DNA from: an uncultured virus (IMG/VR IMGVR_UViG_3300037010_001713)
Taxonomy: Duplodnaviria; Heunggongvirae; Uroviricota; Caudoviricetes
IMG/VR virus record: IMGVR_UViG_3300037010_001713
Reading direction: 5' to 3' (one strand)
DNA length: 64,000 bases
Shown in pieces: positions 10,689-20,726 of the stretch. The position numbers and the translations under genes are program-made. Position 1 is the stretch's first letter, and every line of letters begins with the position of its first letter. Under the pieces are notes generated by a model. The model was not told the DNA's origin and did not search any database. It worked only from the letters and a program-made list of their open reading frames with translations.

Positions 10689-12167
10689 ATGGAAACAAAA
10701 CCGATAATTGTGGGTGAAACAAATTTTTCTATAAAAATAACGCATCCTCGGTATTCAGACTTAGTAAATAATCTTAAAACTAGGTTTATAACGTTCAAAA
10801 GGGATTATAATAAGAAACTGAAGAGAGTTGTGTTTGTTAGAGACAAAGAGTATTATGGTTTAGACACTGTCGAAAACCATATAAAATTTCCAATAGGGCT
10901 ATATGATCACATTAAACCAATGTTGGATAGCAGAGATATAGCGCAAAAGAAGACTGCTTATAAAGAGATAAAGATAAAGTACTCAGGTAAAATAACACCT
11001 AGAGATTATCAAGAGGATGCCATACAGCAGATATGCGAGTCGATTGGTGTTCGTCATGTGGGCATAGGTGTCGGTGGTGGAAAAACACTGATAGCTTCTA
11101 TGGTAGCTCTTAGATTATCTAGAAGAACTCTTGTTATTGTTAGGAAAACAGACACTGATAAATGGGTTAATGATCTGAAATTCAATTTAGGAGATGATTG
11201 CGGTCGTTTTATGAAAATAGAGGGAACTCCGTCACTCGAGAAACTACTGAAGATGGATGAAGGGAATATACCAGAGTTCATCATTGCCAGTATTTCTACA
11301 CTGCAGTTAATGATACTCAAATATGAAAAAAGAAAGAGTACGTTTGGTAAAATAACTCCAAATAATATGATGGAGCATCTCGGTATCGGTTTAATAATAA
11401 ACGATGAAACGCATCTTTTCTTCCATGCTATTTACCATATGATGTGTTATTTTAATGTGGAGAATTTCTTAGCTTTATCGGCAACATTAGATTCATCAGA
11501 TCAGAAGAAAAAAGAGATGATTAAAGCTATGTTCCCTCCGAAATATCGAGTCAACACATCATATATAGCCCAGAAATGTTTAGAGACAACAGCGATATCT
11601 TTTAAGATGAGAAACTTAAACGATTTCAGGTGGAGTAACGTTTTCGGCTATAATCACGTTAAATACGAGCAGACGATACTTAACAGAAGCAATACGCTAT
11701 ATGAGTATTTGGTTTTCACCGCTTCGCTGGTGGATGATTACTTTTTGGATAACTATGTGAGCGACGATAAATGTATATTATTCTTCTCAACTGTTGAGAT
11801 GTGTACAGCTGTTCGCGATTATTTAGTAACCAAATATAAGGATAAAAGGGTTTATAGATATACACAAATAGATTCATATTCCGAAGCGATGTCATCTGAT
11901 ATTATTATTACCACAGTAAAATCACTAGGTACAGGTAAGGATGTGCCTAAACTAGTAACGGTAATGCAGATGGATAGCATCACAGATAAAAACATGAACG
12001 AACAGTCTTCTGGTCGTTTGAGATGTTTACAGGGTAAACGACTAAGATATGTATATGCTTATTGTCGGGATATCCCAGAACAATGTACGAAACATAGAGA
12101 TAGAATGAATGTGATCAAACCAAAGAGTAAAACGTTCAATGTGATACATTCAGATACTGTGATATAA
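10689..12167 (+). CDS. SF2 (DExH, UvsW/ResIII-like) helicase
   Basis: Q motif PRDYQ, Walker A GVGGGKT, DETH, motif III SAT, LGTGKDVP and QSSGRLR. Confidence 0.85.
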   Translation: METKPIIVGETNFSIKITHPRYSDLVNNLKTRFITFKRDYNKKLKRVVFVRDKEYYGLDTVENHIKFPIGLYDHIKPMLDSRDIAQKKTAYKEIKIKYSGKITPRDYQEDAIQQICESIGVRHVGIGVGGGKTLIASMVALRLSRRTLVIVRKTDTDKWVNDLKFNLGDDCGRFMKIEGTPSLEKLLKMDEGNIPEFIIASISTLQLMILKYEKRKSTFGKITPNNMMEHLGIGLIINDETHLFFHAIYHMMCYFNVENFLALSATLDSSDQKKKEMIKAMFPPKYRVNTSYIAQKCLETTAISFKMRNLNDFRWSNVFGYNHVKYEQTILNRSNTLYEYLVFTASLVDDYFLDNYVSDDKCILFFSTVEMCTAVRDYLVTKYKDKRVYRYTQIDSYSEAMSSDIIITTVKSLGTGKDVPKLVTVMQMDSITDKNMNEQSSGRLRCLQGKRLRYVYAYCRDIPEQCTKHRDRMNVIKPKSKTFNVIHSDTVI

Positions 12168-12314
12168 AAAAATAAACTGTTGTGGATACTTGGCTATATC
12201 CAACACCAAGTACTCAGGTCTCTATTCTATATATCCATTAATGTCTTAGCTATCGAGCCCAGTGTGTTCTTAAAAAAATAACTGACCTAAACTTCTAACA
12301 GTACTCTATTTATT

Positions 12315-12344
12315 CCCAAGTTTCTCTAAATAGAGAAACTTGGG
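12315..12344. terminator. Hairpin downstream of LRR-1 (CT-AAAT-AG loop)
   Basis: CCCAAGTTTCTCT-AAAT-AGAGAAACTTGGG. Confidence 0.65.
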
Positions 12345-12376
12345 CTGGTTTTTTATTTAATTACCTAGCGATAACC

Positions 12377-13552
12377 CTAAAGCGGATTTCCATCTGTTAT
12401 TAACTCAGTGAACGGTGTAAACTTCTTTAGTGGAGTCAGATCTGTTATTTTATTATGACTAATATCCAGCAGTTCCAGCTGGGTTAACCCAACTAATGGA
12501 GATATGTCCCCAATTACGTTGTGACTAAGATCTAGATCTTCTAGCTGAGACATCTCCATTAGGGCAGATACATCTTCGATGTGATTGTTATCTACGGAAA
12601 GCCTAGTGAGCTTCGACATCCCCGCAAGCGGGGATGGGTTTTCTATTTTATTACAACTAAGATACAGCTCATTAAGCTGTGTTAAGTGTTCTAGTGGTAA
12701 TGTATCCCTGATTTTGTTACGACTGAGATTCAGCTGTTCCAGCTGAATTAAACCAGCTAGTGGATGTGTGTTTTCGATGCAATTATCTTGAAGACCCAGC
12801 CGAGTAAGCTGTGTCAACCCCGCAAGCAGGGATAGATCTTCTATTTCATTACGACCAAGTTCCAGCTGTTTCAGTCGAGTTAACCCGGCTATTGGGTGTA
12901 GGTTTATGACACCAGTACGAAAAAGATCCAGCTCTTCCAACTGTGTCAGCCCCGCTAGCGGGGTTATATCCTCGATAACGTTATAACCAATATATAGTTT
13001 TTTCAACTGAATTAACCCAGCTAGCTGAGCTACATCTTCGATATTGTTATATTTAAGATTTAAAATCTCCAGCTGAGTCAACCCAGCTAATGGAGATATG
13101 TCCACAATTTTGTTAAGACCAAGATTCAGCTGTTCCAACTGTGTCAACCCCGCTAGCGGGGATGTATCTTCGATTCTGTTCATTCCGAGTTCCAACTCGG
13201 TGATCTGTGCTAATCCCCCCATTGGGGATACATCTTTGATATAGTTACTAGTAAGATATAGTTGTACTAGCTGTATCAGCCCCGCTAGCGGGGATATGTC
13301 TATTACGAGGTTATTACTAAGACCCAGCTCAGTGAGCTGGGTCATCCCCGCTAGCGGGGATAGACAGCTAATGCGGTTACTGCCAAGATGCAGTTCGGTG
13401 AGCTGCGTCATCCCGGCTAAGGGTGTTATATCTGTGATATGTTTACCCTGGAGATATAACTCAGTGATATCTTGACAATCACTGAATTTTTTACCAGTAT
13501 ATGTCTCGACACACCGAATAGTATGTTCCTGTTCCTTAGTTAAATTTTCCAT
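12377..13552 (-). CDS. Internalin-like LRR protein (LRR-1, ~16 repeats)
   Basis: 22-aa repeats LxxLxLxxNxIxDIxPLAGLTQ with N-cap HTIRCVETYTGKKFSD. The AAGGAG RBS places the start at 13552. Confidence 0.92.
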   Translation of the reverse strand: MENLTKEQEHTIRCVETYTGKKFSDCQDITELYLQGKHITDITPLAGMTQLTELHLGSNRISCLSPLAGMTQLTELGLSNNLVIDISPLAGLIQLVQLYLTSNYIKDVSPMGGLAQITELELGMNRIEDTSPLAGLTQLEQLNLGLNKIVDISPLAGLTQLEILNLKYNNIEDVAQLAGLIQLKKLYIGYNVIEDITPLAGLTQLEELDLFRTGVINLHPIAGLTRLKQLELGRNEIEDLSLLAGLTQLTRLGLQDNCIENTHPLAGLIQLEQLNLSRNKIRDTLPLEHLTQLNELYLSCNKIENPSPLAGMSKLTRLSVDNNHIEDVSALMEMSQLEDLDLSHNVIGDISPLVGLTQLELLDISHNKITDLTPLKKFTPFTELITDGNPL

Positions 13553-13667
13553 AGTAACTCCTTTTTTGTTTTTCACGCTCGGGCTGCTCTTTTTTTTTTT
13601 TGAGGAGCTGTGTTAGATTTTTATTTTGATTAACTGACTATAGTACTATAGAGCATCACTATCGCCT

Positions 13668-14633
13668 TTAGTTTTTAACTTCGTTAAGTTTATTCATTCC
13701 TGCGAGTTGTGAAATACCCTTTATCTCTCTCCCATAGAGATAAATACTTTTAAGTTCTGTTAACTCAGATAGTGGAGTTAAATCATCTATCTTGTTTTTG
13801 TCAAGATTTAAGTATTTTAACTGTGGCATCCCCGTAAGAGGCGATATGTCTTTTACGAAGGTATTGTTGAGACCTAAATCGATCAACTTAGTTAACCCGG
13901 CTAGCCGAGATATATCGCTTATTTCATTATTACCAAGATACAGATGCTTCAGTTCTATCAACTCCGCAAGCGGTGATATATCTTCTATTCTATTTTGGTC
14001 GAGACGTAACCAGGACAACTCACTCATTCCAGCTAGCGCAGATATGTCGTCGACAGAGTTATTCTTGAGGTCAAGCCAAGTGAGATTAGTCATCCTCGTT
14101 AGCGGAGATATATCTTCAATAAGATTACCGACTAAATCAAGATGCTCGAGCTCAACCATTCCAGATAGCGGCGATAGGTCTCTGAATCCATTATAATCGA
14201 GATTCAGTCGTTTCATCTCGGTAATTCCAACAAGCGGGGATATATCTCCGATCCCGTTAGCGCTTACATCTAGTTCGGTGAGGTGTCTCATTCCAGACAG
14301 TGGGGTTAAATCTTTAATACGGTTGTTATATATTTCCAGATATTTTAGCTGGGTTATTCCGGTTAGTGGAGATATATCTTTGATAGCGTTATTGTAGAGA
14401 TGTAAATTTCCCAGCTCGGTCAACCCTGCAAGCGGGGACAAATCTTCGATACAGTTATCGCCGAGACGCAGTACTCTCAGCTGTTTCAACACAGCTAACG
14501 GTGATATATCTTTGATACGTACACCAACTAAGTTTAATTCAGTGAGGTCTTGACAATCGCTGAACGCTTTACCTGTGTATTTTTCAATACACTCTATGGT
14601 GTATTGGGTATCTTTTGATGTTGCCGTTGTCAT
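13668..14633 (-). CDS. Internalin-like LRR protein (LRR-2, ~13 repeats)
   Basis: Same repeat and N-cap (YTIECIEKYTGKAFSD). The AAGGAG RBS places the start at 14633. Confidence 0.9.
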   Translation of the reverse strand: MTTATSKDTQYTIECIEKYTGKAFSDCQDLTELNLVGVRIKDISPLAVLKQLRVLRLGDNCIEDLSPLAGLTELGNLHLYNNAIKDISPLTGITQLKYLEIYNNRIKDLTPLSGMRHLTELDVSANGIGDISPLVGITEMKRLNLDYNGFRDLSPLSGMVELEHLDLVGNLIEDISPLTRMTNLTWLDLKNNSVDDISALAGMSELSWLRLDQNRIEDISPLAELIELKHLYLGNNEISDISRLAGLTKLIDLGLNNTFVKDISPLTGMPQLKYLNLDKNKIDDLTPLSELTELKSIYLYGREIKGISQLAGMNKLNEVKN

Positions 14634-14660
14634 GATGACTCCTTTTTTGTTTTTATATTC

Positions 14661-14685
14661 ATATACTATATTAATGAAAAAAATA
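14661..14685 (-). promoter_or_regulatory. Accessory-gene promoter motif (variant)
   Basis: TTTTTTTCATTAATATAGTATAT upstream of LRR-2. Confidence 0.55.
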
Positions 14686-14709
14686 GAATAACACGTGAGA
14701 CTATTCTGT

Positions 14710-14739
14710 CCTCGGGCTGTCGGTTTAGACAGCCCGAGG
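14710..14739. terminator. Hairpin downstream of LRR-3
   Basis: CCTCGGGCTGTC-GGTTTA-GACAGCCCGAGG; the loop reads TAAACC on the - strand. Confidence 0.65.
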
Positions 14740-14748
14740 GTTATAATT

Positions 14749-16116
14749 CTACAACGGATCTCCATCTGTTATTAACTCAGTGAACGGTGTAAACCCCTCT
14801 AGCGGGGTAAAGTCAGTGATTTCATTATCGCTAATATCCAGCAGTTCCAGCTGAGTCAACCCAGCTAGTGCGGATATATCATAAATTTCATTACAATTAA
14901 GGATTAGTCGTTTTAGCTTGGTCATCTCCGTCAGTGCAGAAACATCAAAGATGTGGTTATTATATACGTCCAGCTCACTGAGTTGGGATAACCCAGCTAG
15001 CGGAGAAACATCTGTAATTTCATTACGACTAAGATCCAGTTTTTCCAGCCGGGTTAAACAAGCTAACGGGAGCACGCTCTCAATGACGTTATTAGCGAGC
15101 CTCAACTCAGTGAGTTGAGTCATCCCCGCTAGCGGGGATGACTCTTTGATTTTGTTGTAATTAAGATACAGCTCGGTGAGTTCGGTCATTCCCGCTAAGG
15201 GTGTTATGTCTTCTATATCGTTAATACTGATATATAACCTAGTCAGACGCGTCATATTGGCTAGCGGGGTGAGGTTGCTTATTCTGTTTTCGCTAAGACT
15301 CAGTCGTTTCATCTGACATAATTCAGCTAGTTGGTTTATATCTCTGATATGGTTATTACTAAGATTTAAAATTTCTAGCTTGGTTAGCTTAGCTAGAGGA
15401 TATAGGTTTGCAATTCTATTATTATAAAGATGCAGCTCACTTAGTTGGGATAACCCAGCTAGCGGAGAAATATCTATTATTTTATTATGACCTAGTTCTA
15501 GCTCAGTGAGCTGATTCATCCCGGCAAGAGGGGATATATCAGCAATTTTATTATGACTGATATGTAGTATTTTCAACTGGGTCAGACCAGCAAGCTGGGT
15601 TATGTCTTTTATTTTGGTCCCATATAGTCGTAGGTCAACGAGCTTCGTCATCCCGATTAGGGGCGATAGATCTTTAATTTCATTACGGCTAAATTCTAGT
15701 TTTTCCATTTGAGTCAACCCCGCTAGCGGGGATAGATCAGATACTTTGTTATATCCAAGATCTATATTTCTCAACTGAGTTAGTCCAGCTAATGGAGACA
15801 GATCTTCGATTTTACAGCAGTAGATATCCAACTGTTCTAGCTGTGTTAAATTTGAAAGAGGCGTTAGATCTTCGATATTATTAACACCGAGACGCAGTAT
15901 TCTTAACTTAGTCATCCCAGTTAGTGGCGTTAGATCTTCAATATAGTTGTTGCAGAGATCTAATTGTTCCAGCTGAGTCATCTCTACCAATGGCGATATA
16001 TCATCGATACTCTCATAGTTTATGCGCAGCTCAGTGATGGTTAGGCTATCACTGAATGATTTACCTGTGTATTTCTCGACACACTTGATGGTGTATGGTG
16101 CTCCTAATGTCGTCAT
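14749..16116 (-). CDS. Internalin-like LRR protein (LRR-3, ~19 repeats)
   Basis: N-cap YTIKCVEKYTGKSFSD, regular 22-aa repeats, ends TELITDGDPL. Confidence 0.92.
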   Translation of the reverse strand: MTTLGAPYTIKCVEKYTGKSFSDSLTITELRINYESIDDISPLVEMTQLEQLDLCNNYIEDLTPLTGMTKLRILRLGVNNIEDLTPLSNLTQLEQLDIYCCKIEDLSPLAGLTQLRNIDLGYNKVSDLSPLAGLTQMEKLEFSRNEIKDLSPLIGMTKLVDLRLYGTKIKDITQLAGLTQLKILHISHNKIADISPLAGMNQLTELELGHNKIIDISPLAGLSQLSELHLYNNRIANLYPLAKLTKLEILNLSNNHIRDINQLAELCQMKRLSLSENRISNLTPLANMTRLTRLYISINDIEDITPLAGMTELTELYLNYNKIKESSPLAGMTQLTELRLANNVIESVLPLACLTRLEKLDLSRNEITDVSPLAGLSQLSELDVYNNHIFDVSALTEMTKLKRLILNCNEIYDISALAGLTQLELLDISDNEITDFTPLEGFTPFTELITDGDPL

Positions 16117-16145
16117 GACGGCTCCTTTTTTTTGTTTTTACACTA

Positions 16146-16170
16146 ATAAACTATGTAATCGAAAAAATAG
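16146..16170 (-). promoter_or_regulatory. Accessory-gene promoter motif
   Basis: TTTTTTCGATTACATAGTTTAT upstream of LRR-3. Confidence 0.65.
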
Positions 16171-16200
16171 GGAATCACTACATTCAGTTATAGACTATTT

Positions 16201-16238
16201 TATGCTTCGATCTCTCTAAACAGAGAGATCGAAGCATA
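16201..16238. terminator. Hairpin downstream of LRR-4 (CT-AAAC-AG loop)
   Basis: Perfect 17-bp stem: TATGCTTCGATCTCTCT-AAAC-AGAGAGATCGAAGCATA. Confidence 0.7.
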
Positions 16239-16252
16239 TTTTTATTTTAATT

Positions 16253-16996
16253 TCATTTCAGGCTATAACACTCTTCAACCTGGCCGATATATCTATCGGC
16301 TTCGATATCATCGTAGCTACTACGGATAGTGGCTATAGCATCTTCTTTGGTTAGCGGGTGTCCATCAACCACTACTTTGTTCCTATCGGATGGTAGGAGG
16401 AAGAAAGTTTGTTTATACCTACCACATTTTTTCATGTGTGGATAGTTCGACAACGGATTTCCATCCACAGTTATCCACGTTAGTTGTGTTAGATTCTCTA
16501 GCGGAGATAAATCATCGATTTGGTTTCTACTGAGATGTAACGTCTTCAGCTGTGTTAGTCCAGCTAAAGGAGATAAATCTTTGATTCGGTTACCACTGAG
16601 CCATAGCTCAGTGAGATTGGTTAACCCCGCAAGCGGGGTTATATCTGTGATTTTGTTATTAAGCAGACTCAAAATTCTAAGCTGAGTCAACCCAGCCAAG
16701 GGAGACACATCTCTTATTTTATTATCTGAAATATTTAGCCAAGTGAGTTTAGTTAACCCAGCGAGCGGGGCAATGTTTTTTATCCTGTTCAGGTAAAGCT
16801 GTAGCTCGGTTAGATGTGTCATTCCGGCTATAGGGGTTAGATCTCTGATATTGTTGAGACCAAGATTCAGTATATTCAGCTGAGTCATCCACGCAAGCGG
16901 TGACAAATCTTTAATACCTCTATAGCCGAGATCCAGACCAGTGATTGTTCGGCTATCTCTGATAATGTTCAGTCCGGCTTTTGTTATTTTTTTCAT
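16253..16996 (-). CDS. LRR protein with extra C-terminal domain (LRR-4, ~7 repeats)
   Basis: Lacks the Cys N-cap. The C-terminal ~60 aa (YPH.K.C...FLLPSDR.K.V..G...TKE...IGQVE.CY) are shared with LRR-6. Confidence 0.9.
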   Translation of the reverse strand: MKKITKAGLNIIRDSRTITGLDLGYRGIKDLSPLAWMTQLNILNLGLNNIRDLTPIAGMTHLTELQLYLNRIKNIAPLAGLTKLTWLNISDNKIRDVSPLAGLTQLRILSLLNNKITDITPLAGLTNLTELWLSGNRIKDLSPLAGLTQLKTLHLSRNQIDDLSPLENLTQLTWITVDGNPLSNYPHMKKCGRYKQTFFLLPSDRNKVVVDGHPLTKEDAIATIRSSYDDIEADRYIGQVEECYSLK

Positions 16997-17021
16997 TGTA
17001 ATTTCCTTATGTCTAATTATC

Positions 17022-17048
17022 TATATACTATGTAATTGAAAAAAAAAA
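17022..17048 (-). promoter_or_regulatory. Accessory-gene promoter motif
   Basis: T10-CAATTACATAGTATATA upstream of LRR-4. Confidence 0.7.
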
Positions 17049-17078
17049 GAGAGTCACAGACTAGTTAACTGAATATCA

Positions 17079-19334
17079 ATGGAGGTTCTGATGCATACAA
17101 ATACCAAACCAGTTATAGATTTAGATGTGAATGTTGAGGCTGATAGAAAAATACCAGATAATATAACAATATTAGATAAAGACTGGGTGTTATCTAAGTT
17201 CATGTCTCCAGGTAGAGCGTTAACGAAAGCTGGTCGTAATATAAGATATTTCAGTTCAGCTTATTTCAAAACAGAGGATACATCGCTAGGTGGAAACATA
17301 GCCATTAACGCTAAGTCGCAGTATAATATGTATTGCGATCCTAGACCAAGACGTATGATAGATGGTGATAAGAGGGTCCGTGCCGATTATTCTGGTCACG
17401 GTGATGTCGGTATGGGTTATTTTTATTCGACAGCTATTCACGATAACGCTGAACATATATATCTACAGGCTGGTGTGCCTGAGTTTAACAGTCTAGTATC
17501 TGTTATCGCTAACGCAATAGATTATGATGATGCGATATTAGCTAATGAAGGACGTACATCTACACTATACGATTTAGGTAATGTAATTGGTACTGTAACT
17601 ATGATGTATGCTTTCCCACTTATGTCTCTGATAGCTTTTAGTATCAAAGGTCTCAGTGTGTTATTAGCTGCGGATAAACCTTTCGATTATTACTATATGA
17701 AACCAACAATGCCTACCTATTGGGGTATGGTTAATCAAATCACACTCCAGATATCCACTGAGATAGGCTTATTAGCACCTATGTTTATGGATGAAAACAA
17801 TAATCCACTCGATATGGTTAATTCAATGGGTTTACAGGGTAAGTTAGGTGGTACGGTTAAGATCGACGGTTCAACTTTATCCGATCTGAAAAAACTGATG
17901 CCAAATCTTTTAACAGACACAAATACGATCGACGTATTCGCTGTAGCGGTTAAGCCGCAGGCTATGTTAAACGCTGGGGCGGAATATCTTTACAGTATTG
18001 GAGATAAGCAAGATGTTTCTTTGGTTGGTTTGCTCACCGGTAATCTCGATGCTGAAAAAAAACTGAACCATATACTGAGTTTAAAAACATATATGAGCGG
18101 TGACACAGAGAAAGGTAATCTATCAGCGTTCGAAGCAAACTCAGCTACCTGGTCAACTGGTAGGTTAGCTTATGATATGAAAAATACGATACATAAAGCA
18201 AATAAAGATGCCGCTAAAGCAACAGCTGACGTCACTCCAGCTCCGAAACCGGTTGATCAATCAGCCGATCAAGCACAGCAGCCCGATGCTGCTCAAGATG
18301 TGAAAAATTTAGTAGCAGCTGACGACGGAGCCGGCACGATTAAACGAGATGCAGACGGTGGATATACGCTACAGCAAAGTACTCCACAAGATAACTTCGC
18401 TAAAATTAAAGATGTCTTTAAAAGCGCAGCTGACTCCTATATAAGGGATGGAGCCCACTACGCTATATTTAATGTTGAATATAGTGGAACTGGTTCAGAT
18501 TCATTTAGTAATAGTTTTGGTAGTATTGATACAGGTAGTACTATAAACTCATACGGAGGACAAGCAAGAGATTTATACTTCGATTTAGCTGGAGGTAATG
18601 TCGTTTCTGGTCTGGATAACATTATACATGGTGTCAGTGATGTGTTGGCTGGGGCTTTAAACGGAGTTACTTTCGGTATGTCCAATATCTTAGCCGCGTT
18701 ATCTGGAGGGGGACGTTTAACCATACCAGAGAAATGGACCGATAGTTCAGCTGACCTAGCCGATTTTAGCTATACTATGAATTTAGTTTGTACCGCTGGA
18801 GACCCAATCACAGCTTTAAGGGAGATGTGGATCCCGTTGGCTATGGTGTTACCGTTTGTGTTACCGCAAGCAACTGGTAAGTCCTCATACACGTCACCTA
18901 TGTTATGTAGTCTGTATAACAAGGGTAAAGAGGATAAAAAGTTAGCTATGATGAGTAGTTTATCGATAGAGAGAGGGATAACCAATTTACCATTCGATAA
19001 GAAAAGAAAACCTCTTGGTATCAAAGTTACTATGCGGTTTAAAGATCTATCACCAATAATGTCTGTACCAGCGCCAGTCGGGATATTTAAGGGTATAATA
19101 TCTGGTTTGGATGATACGTCACCCTTTGCCGCATATATACGGTCACTAGCTGCTAGAGATCTCAGGACATCCAAGTATTTTATACCTAAAGCTAAGCTAG
19201 CTATAAGTAGATCACTTGGGGCCGCTAATAGTGTTATATCTCCAGCGGCTTGGGGTATGCGATTTGGTGATAAGATTCCTCTTATCGGTGGTCTTACATC
19301 GTTCAGTAGTCTGAGTCTGAACAATGATACATGA
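17079..19334 (+). CDS. phiKZ-like virion structural protein (tail/baseplate)
   Basis: The C-terminal block IPEKWTDS...LPQATGKSSYTSP...SLSIERG..NLPF...FKDLS is typical of conserved phiKZ-like structural proteins as recalled. Confidence 0.55.
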   Translation: MEVLMHTNTKPVIDLDVNVEADRKIPDNITILDKDWVLSKFMSPGRALTKAGRNIRYFSSAYFKTEDTSLGGNIAINAKSQYNMYCDPRPRRMIDGDKRVRADYSGHGDVGMGYFYSTAIHDNAEHIYLQAGVPEFNSLVSVIANAIDYDDAILANEGRTSTLYDLGNVIGTVTMMYAFPLMSLIAFSIKGLSVLLAADKPFDYYYMKPTMPTYWGMVNQITLQISTEIGLLAPMFMDENNNPLDMVNSMGLQGKLGGTVKIDGSTLSDLKKLMPNLLTDTNTIDVFAVAVKPQAMLNAGAEYLYSIGDKQDVSLVGLLTGNLDAEKKLNHILSLKTYMSGDTEKGNLSAFEANSATWSTGRLAYDMKNTIHKANKDAAKATADVTPAPKPVDQSADQAQQPDAAQDVKNLVAADDGAGTIKRDADGGYTLQQSTPQDNFAKIKDVFKSAADSYIRDGAHYAIFNVEYSGTGSDSFSNSFGSIDTGSTINSYGGQARDLYFDLAGGNVVSGLDNIIHGVSDVLAGALNGVTFGMSNILAALSGGGRLTIPEKWTDSSADLADFSYTMNLVCTAGDPITALREMWIPLAMVLPFVLPQATGKSSYTSPMLCSLYNKGKEDKKLAMMSSLSIERGITNLPFDKKRKPLGIKVTMRFKDLSPIMSVPAPVGIFKGIISGLDDTSPFAAYIRSLAARDLRTSKYFIPKAKLAISRSLGAANSVISPAAWGMRFGDKIPLIGGLTSFSSLSLNNDT

Positions 19335-19391
19335 TTAATATTTTAGGTTTTATGAAATAAAAAAAATAGGGGAGTGTGATGGATTAACCCA

Positions 19392-20621
19392 TCACACTTT
19401 ATCCGCTGTCACCTTTAGCTGGGTTAACCCAGCTAAAGGTGACAGGTCTTTTACGTCATTACTGGAGATATCCAGCCTTTTTAGTCGGTTTAAACCCATT
19501 AACGAAGTCAGATCCTCTATATGGTTATTGCTCAGCTCTAGCTCTTCCAGCTGTGTCAATAGAGCCAGTATGGATATGTCTCTTATTTTGTTATTATTGA
19601 TGAATAGTTCAGTGAGATTAATAATCCCCGCAAGCGGGGTCAAATCTCTGATTTTATTAGCACCAAGAAACAGCCGTTTCAACCGGGTCAACCCCGCTAG
19701 TGGGGTTAAATCTTCGATTCTGTTACCACCAAGGGTTAAATCAGTAATCTCAGTCAAACCAGCTAGCATGGTTACGTCTTCGATATAGTTATTAGAAAGA
19801 ATCAACTCCGTAATCTCAGTCATCCCCGCAAGCGGGGATGCGTCTTTGATATTATTATCAAAGAGATTCAGGTGTTTCATCTTAATCATTTCCGCGAGCG
19901 GGGATAGATCTTTTATTTGGTTTCGCTCAAGATTCAGTTCGGTGAGTCGTGTTAATCCCACCAGTGCTGTTATATCTTTAATGGAGTTATTGTCAAGCCA
20001 CAACTCAGTGAGGTCGGTCGCCCCTGCCAGTGGGGTTATGTTTTCAATACTGTTATGACTAAGATGTAGATCTGTAAGCTGGATCAACCCCGCTAGCGGG
20101 AAAAGATCTTTGATATGATTATGACGAAGACCAAGCTGGGTCAACTGGGTTAACCCCGCTAGTGGGGTTAGATCTTTTACACAGTTACTGAAAAGACACA
20201 ACAAAGTTAATTTTGACATCCCCGCTAACGGGAATAGATTTTCGACATTGTTAGTAGCGAGATCCAGTCGTTCCAGTTGCGTCATCCCCGCTAACGGGGA
20301 TAGGTCGCCTATTCGGCAGCCACTAAGATATAGCTCGGTGAGTCTAGTCAACCCCGCTAGTGGAGTAACATCTTTGATTTTGTTATTACCAATATCCAGT
20401 ATATTCATCTCAGTCATCCCCGCAAGCGGGGATAGGTCTGTAATGTAGTTACCATAGAGGCTCAGCTTTGTGAGTTTAATCATCCCCGATAGCGGAGATA
20501 GATCCACGATACCCTTATCATCTAAATCCAGTTCAGTGATAGTCTGACTATCACTGAATGGTTTACCTGTGTATTCCTCAACACACTTGATAGTGTATCG
20601 AGCTGCTGCTGATGTTTCCAT
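19392..20621 (-). CDS. Internalin-like LRR protein (LRR-5, ~17 repeats)
   Basis: N-cap YTIKCVEEYTGKPFSD; inserted alone and antisense between two structural genes. Confidence 0.92.
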   Translation of the reverse strand: METSAAARYTIKCVEEYTGKPFSDSQTITELDLDDKGIVDLSPLSGMIKLTKLSLYGNYITDLSPLAGMTEMNILDIGNNKIKDVTPLAGLTRLTELYLSGCRIGDLSPLAGMTQLERLDLATNNVENLFPLAGMSKLTLLCLFSNCVKDLTPLAGLTQLTQLGLRHNHIKDLFPLAGLIQLTDLHLSHNSIENITPLAGATDLTELWLDNNSIKDITALVGLTRLTELNLERNQIKDLSPLAEMIKMKHLNLFDNNIKDASPLAGMTEITELILSNNYIEDVTMLAGLTEITDLTLGGNRIEDLTPLAGLTRLKRLFLGANKIRDLTPLAGIINLTELFINNNKIRDISILALLTQLEELELSNNHIEDLTSLMGLNRLKRLDISSNDVKDLSPLAGLTQLKVTADKV

Positions 20622-20644
20622 TTTCTATCCTTTTTATTTTTATA

Positions 20645-20672
20645 CTCATATTCTATGTAATTTAAAAAAATA
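20645..20672 (-). promoter_or_regulatory. Accessory-gene promoter motif
   Basis: TTTTTTTAAATTACATAGAATATGAG upstream of LRR-5. Confidence 0.65.
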
Positions 20673-20726
20673 GAGATATCGGACTATATCAATTTAATGA
20701 AATTTTAATTACATAAAGGGTTTGCT

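Noticed and set aside
12377..16996. CRISPR-like 66-nt periodicity with palindromic constant parts and variable spacers
   Set aside because: The period equals a 22-aa LRR in long intact reading frames. The repeats are degenerate, the 'spacers' keep conserved L/N/I codons, and there are no cas genes in the window.
12377..16996. Listeria-like secreted internalins or bacterial contamination
   Set aside because: No signal peptides or LPXTG/GW anchors. The genes are interspersed among phage core genes and share a promoter motif with other phage genes.
13792..20448. Plus-strand ORFs overlapping the LRR genes (13792, 14918, 19528, 19846, 20248; also 51965, 53005)
   Set aside because: Antisense shadows of repetitive coding sequence, Ser/Ile-rich, with no independent coding evidence.
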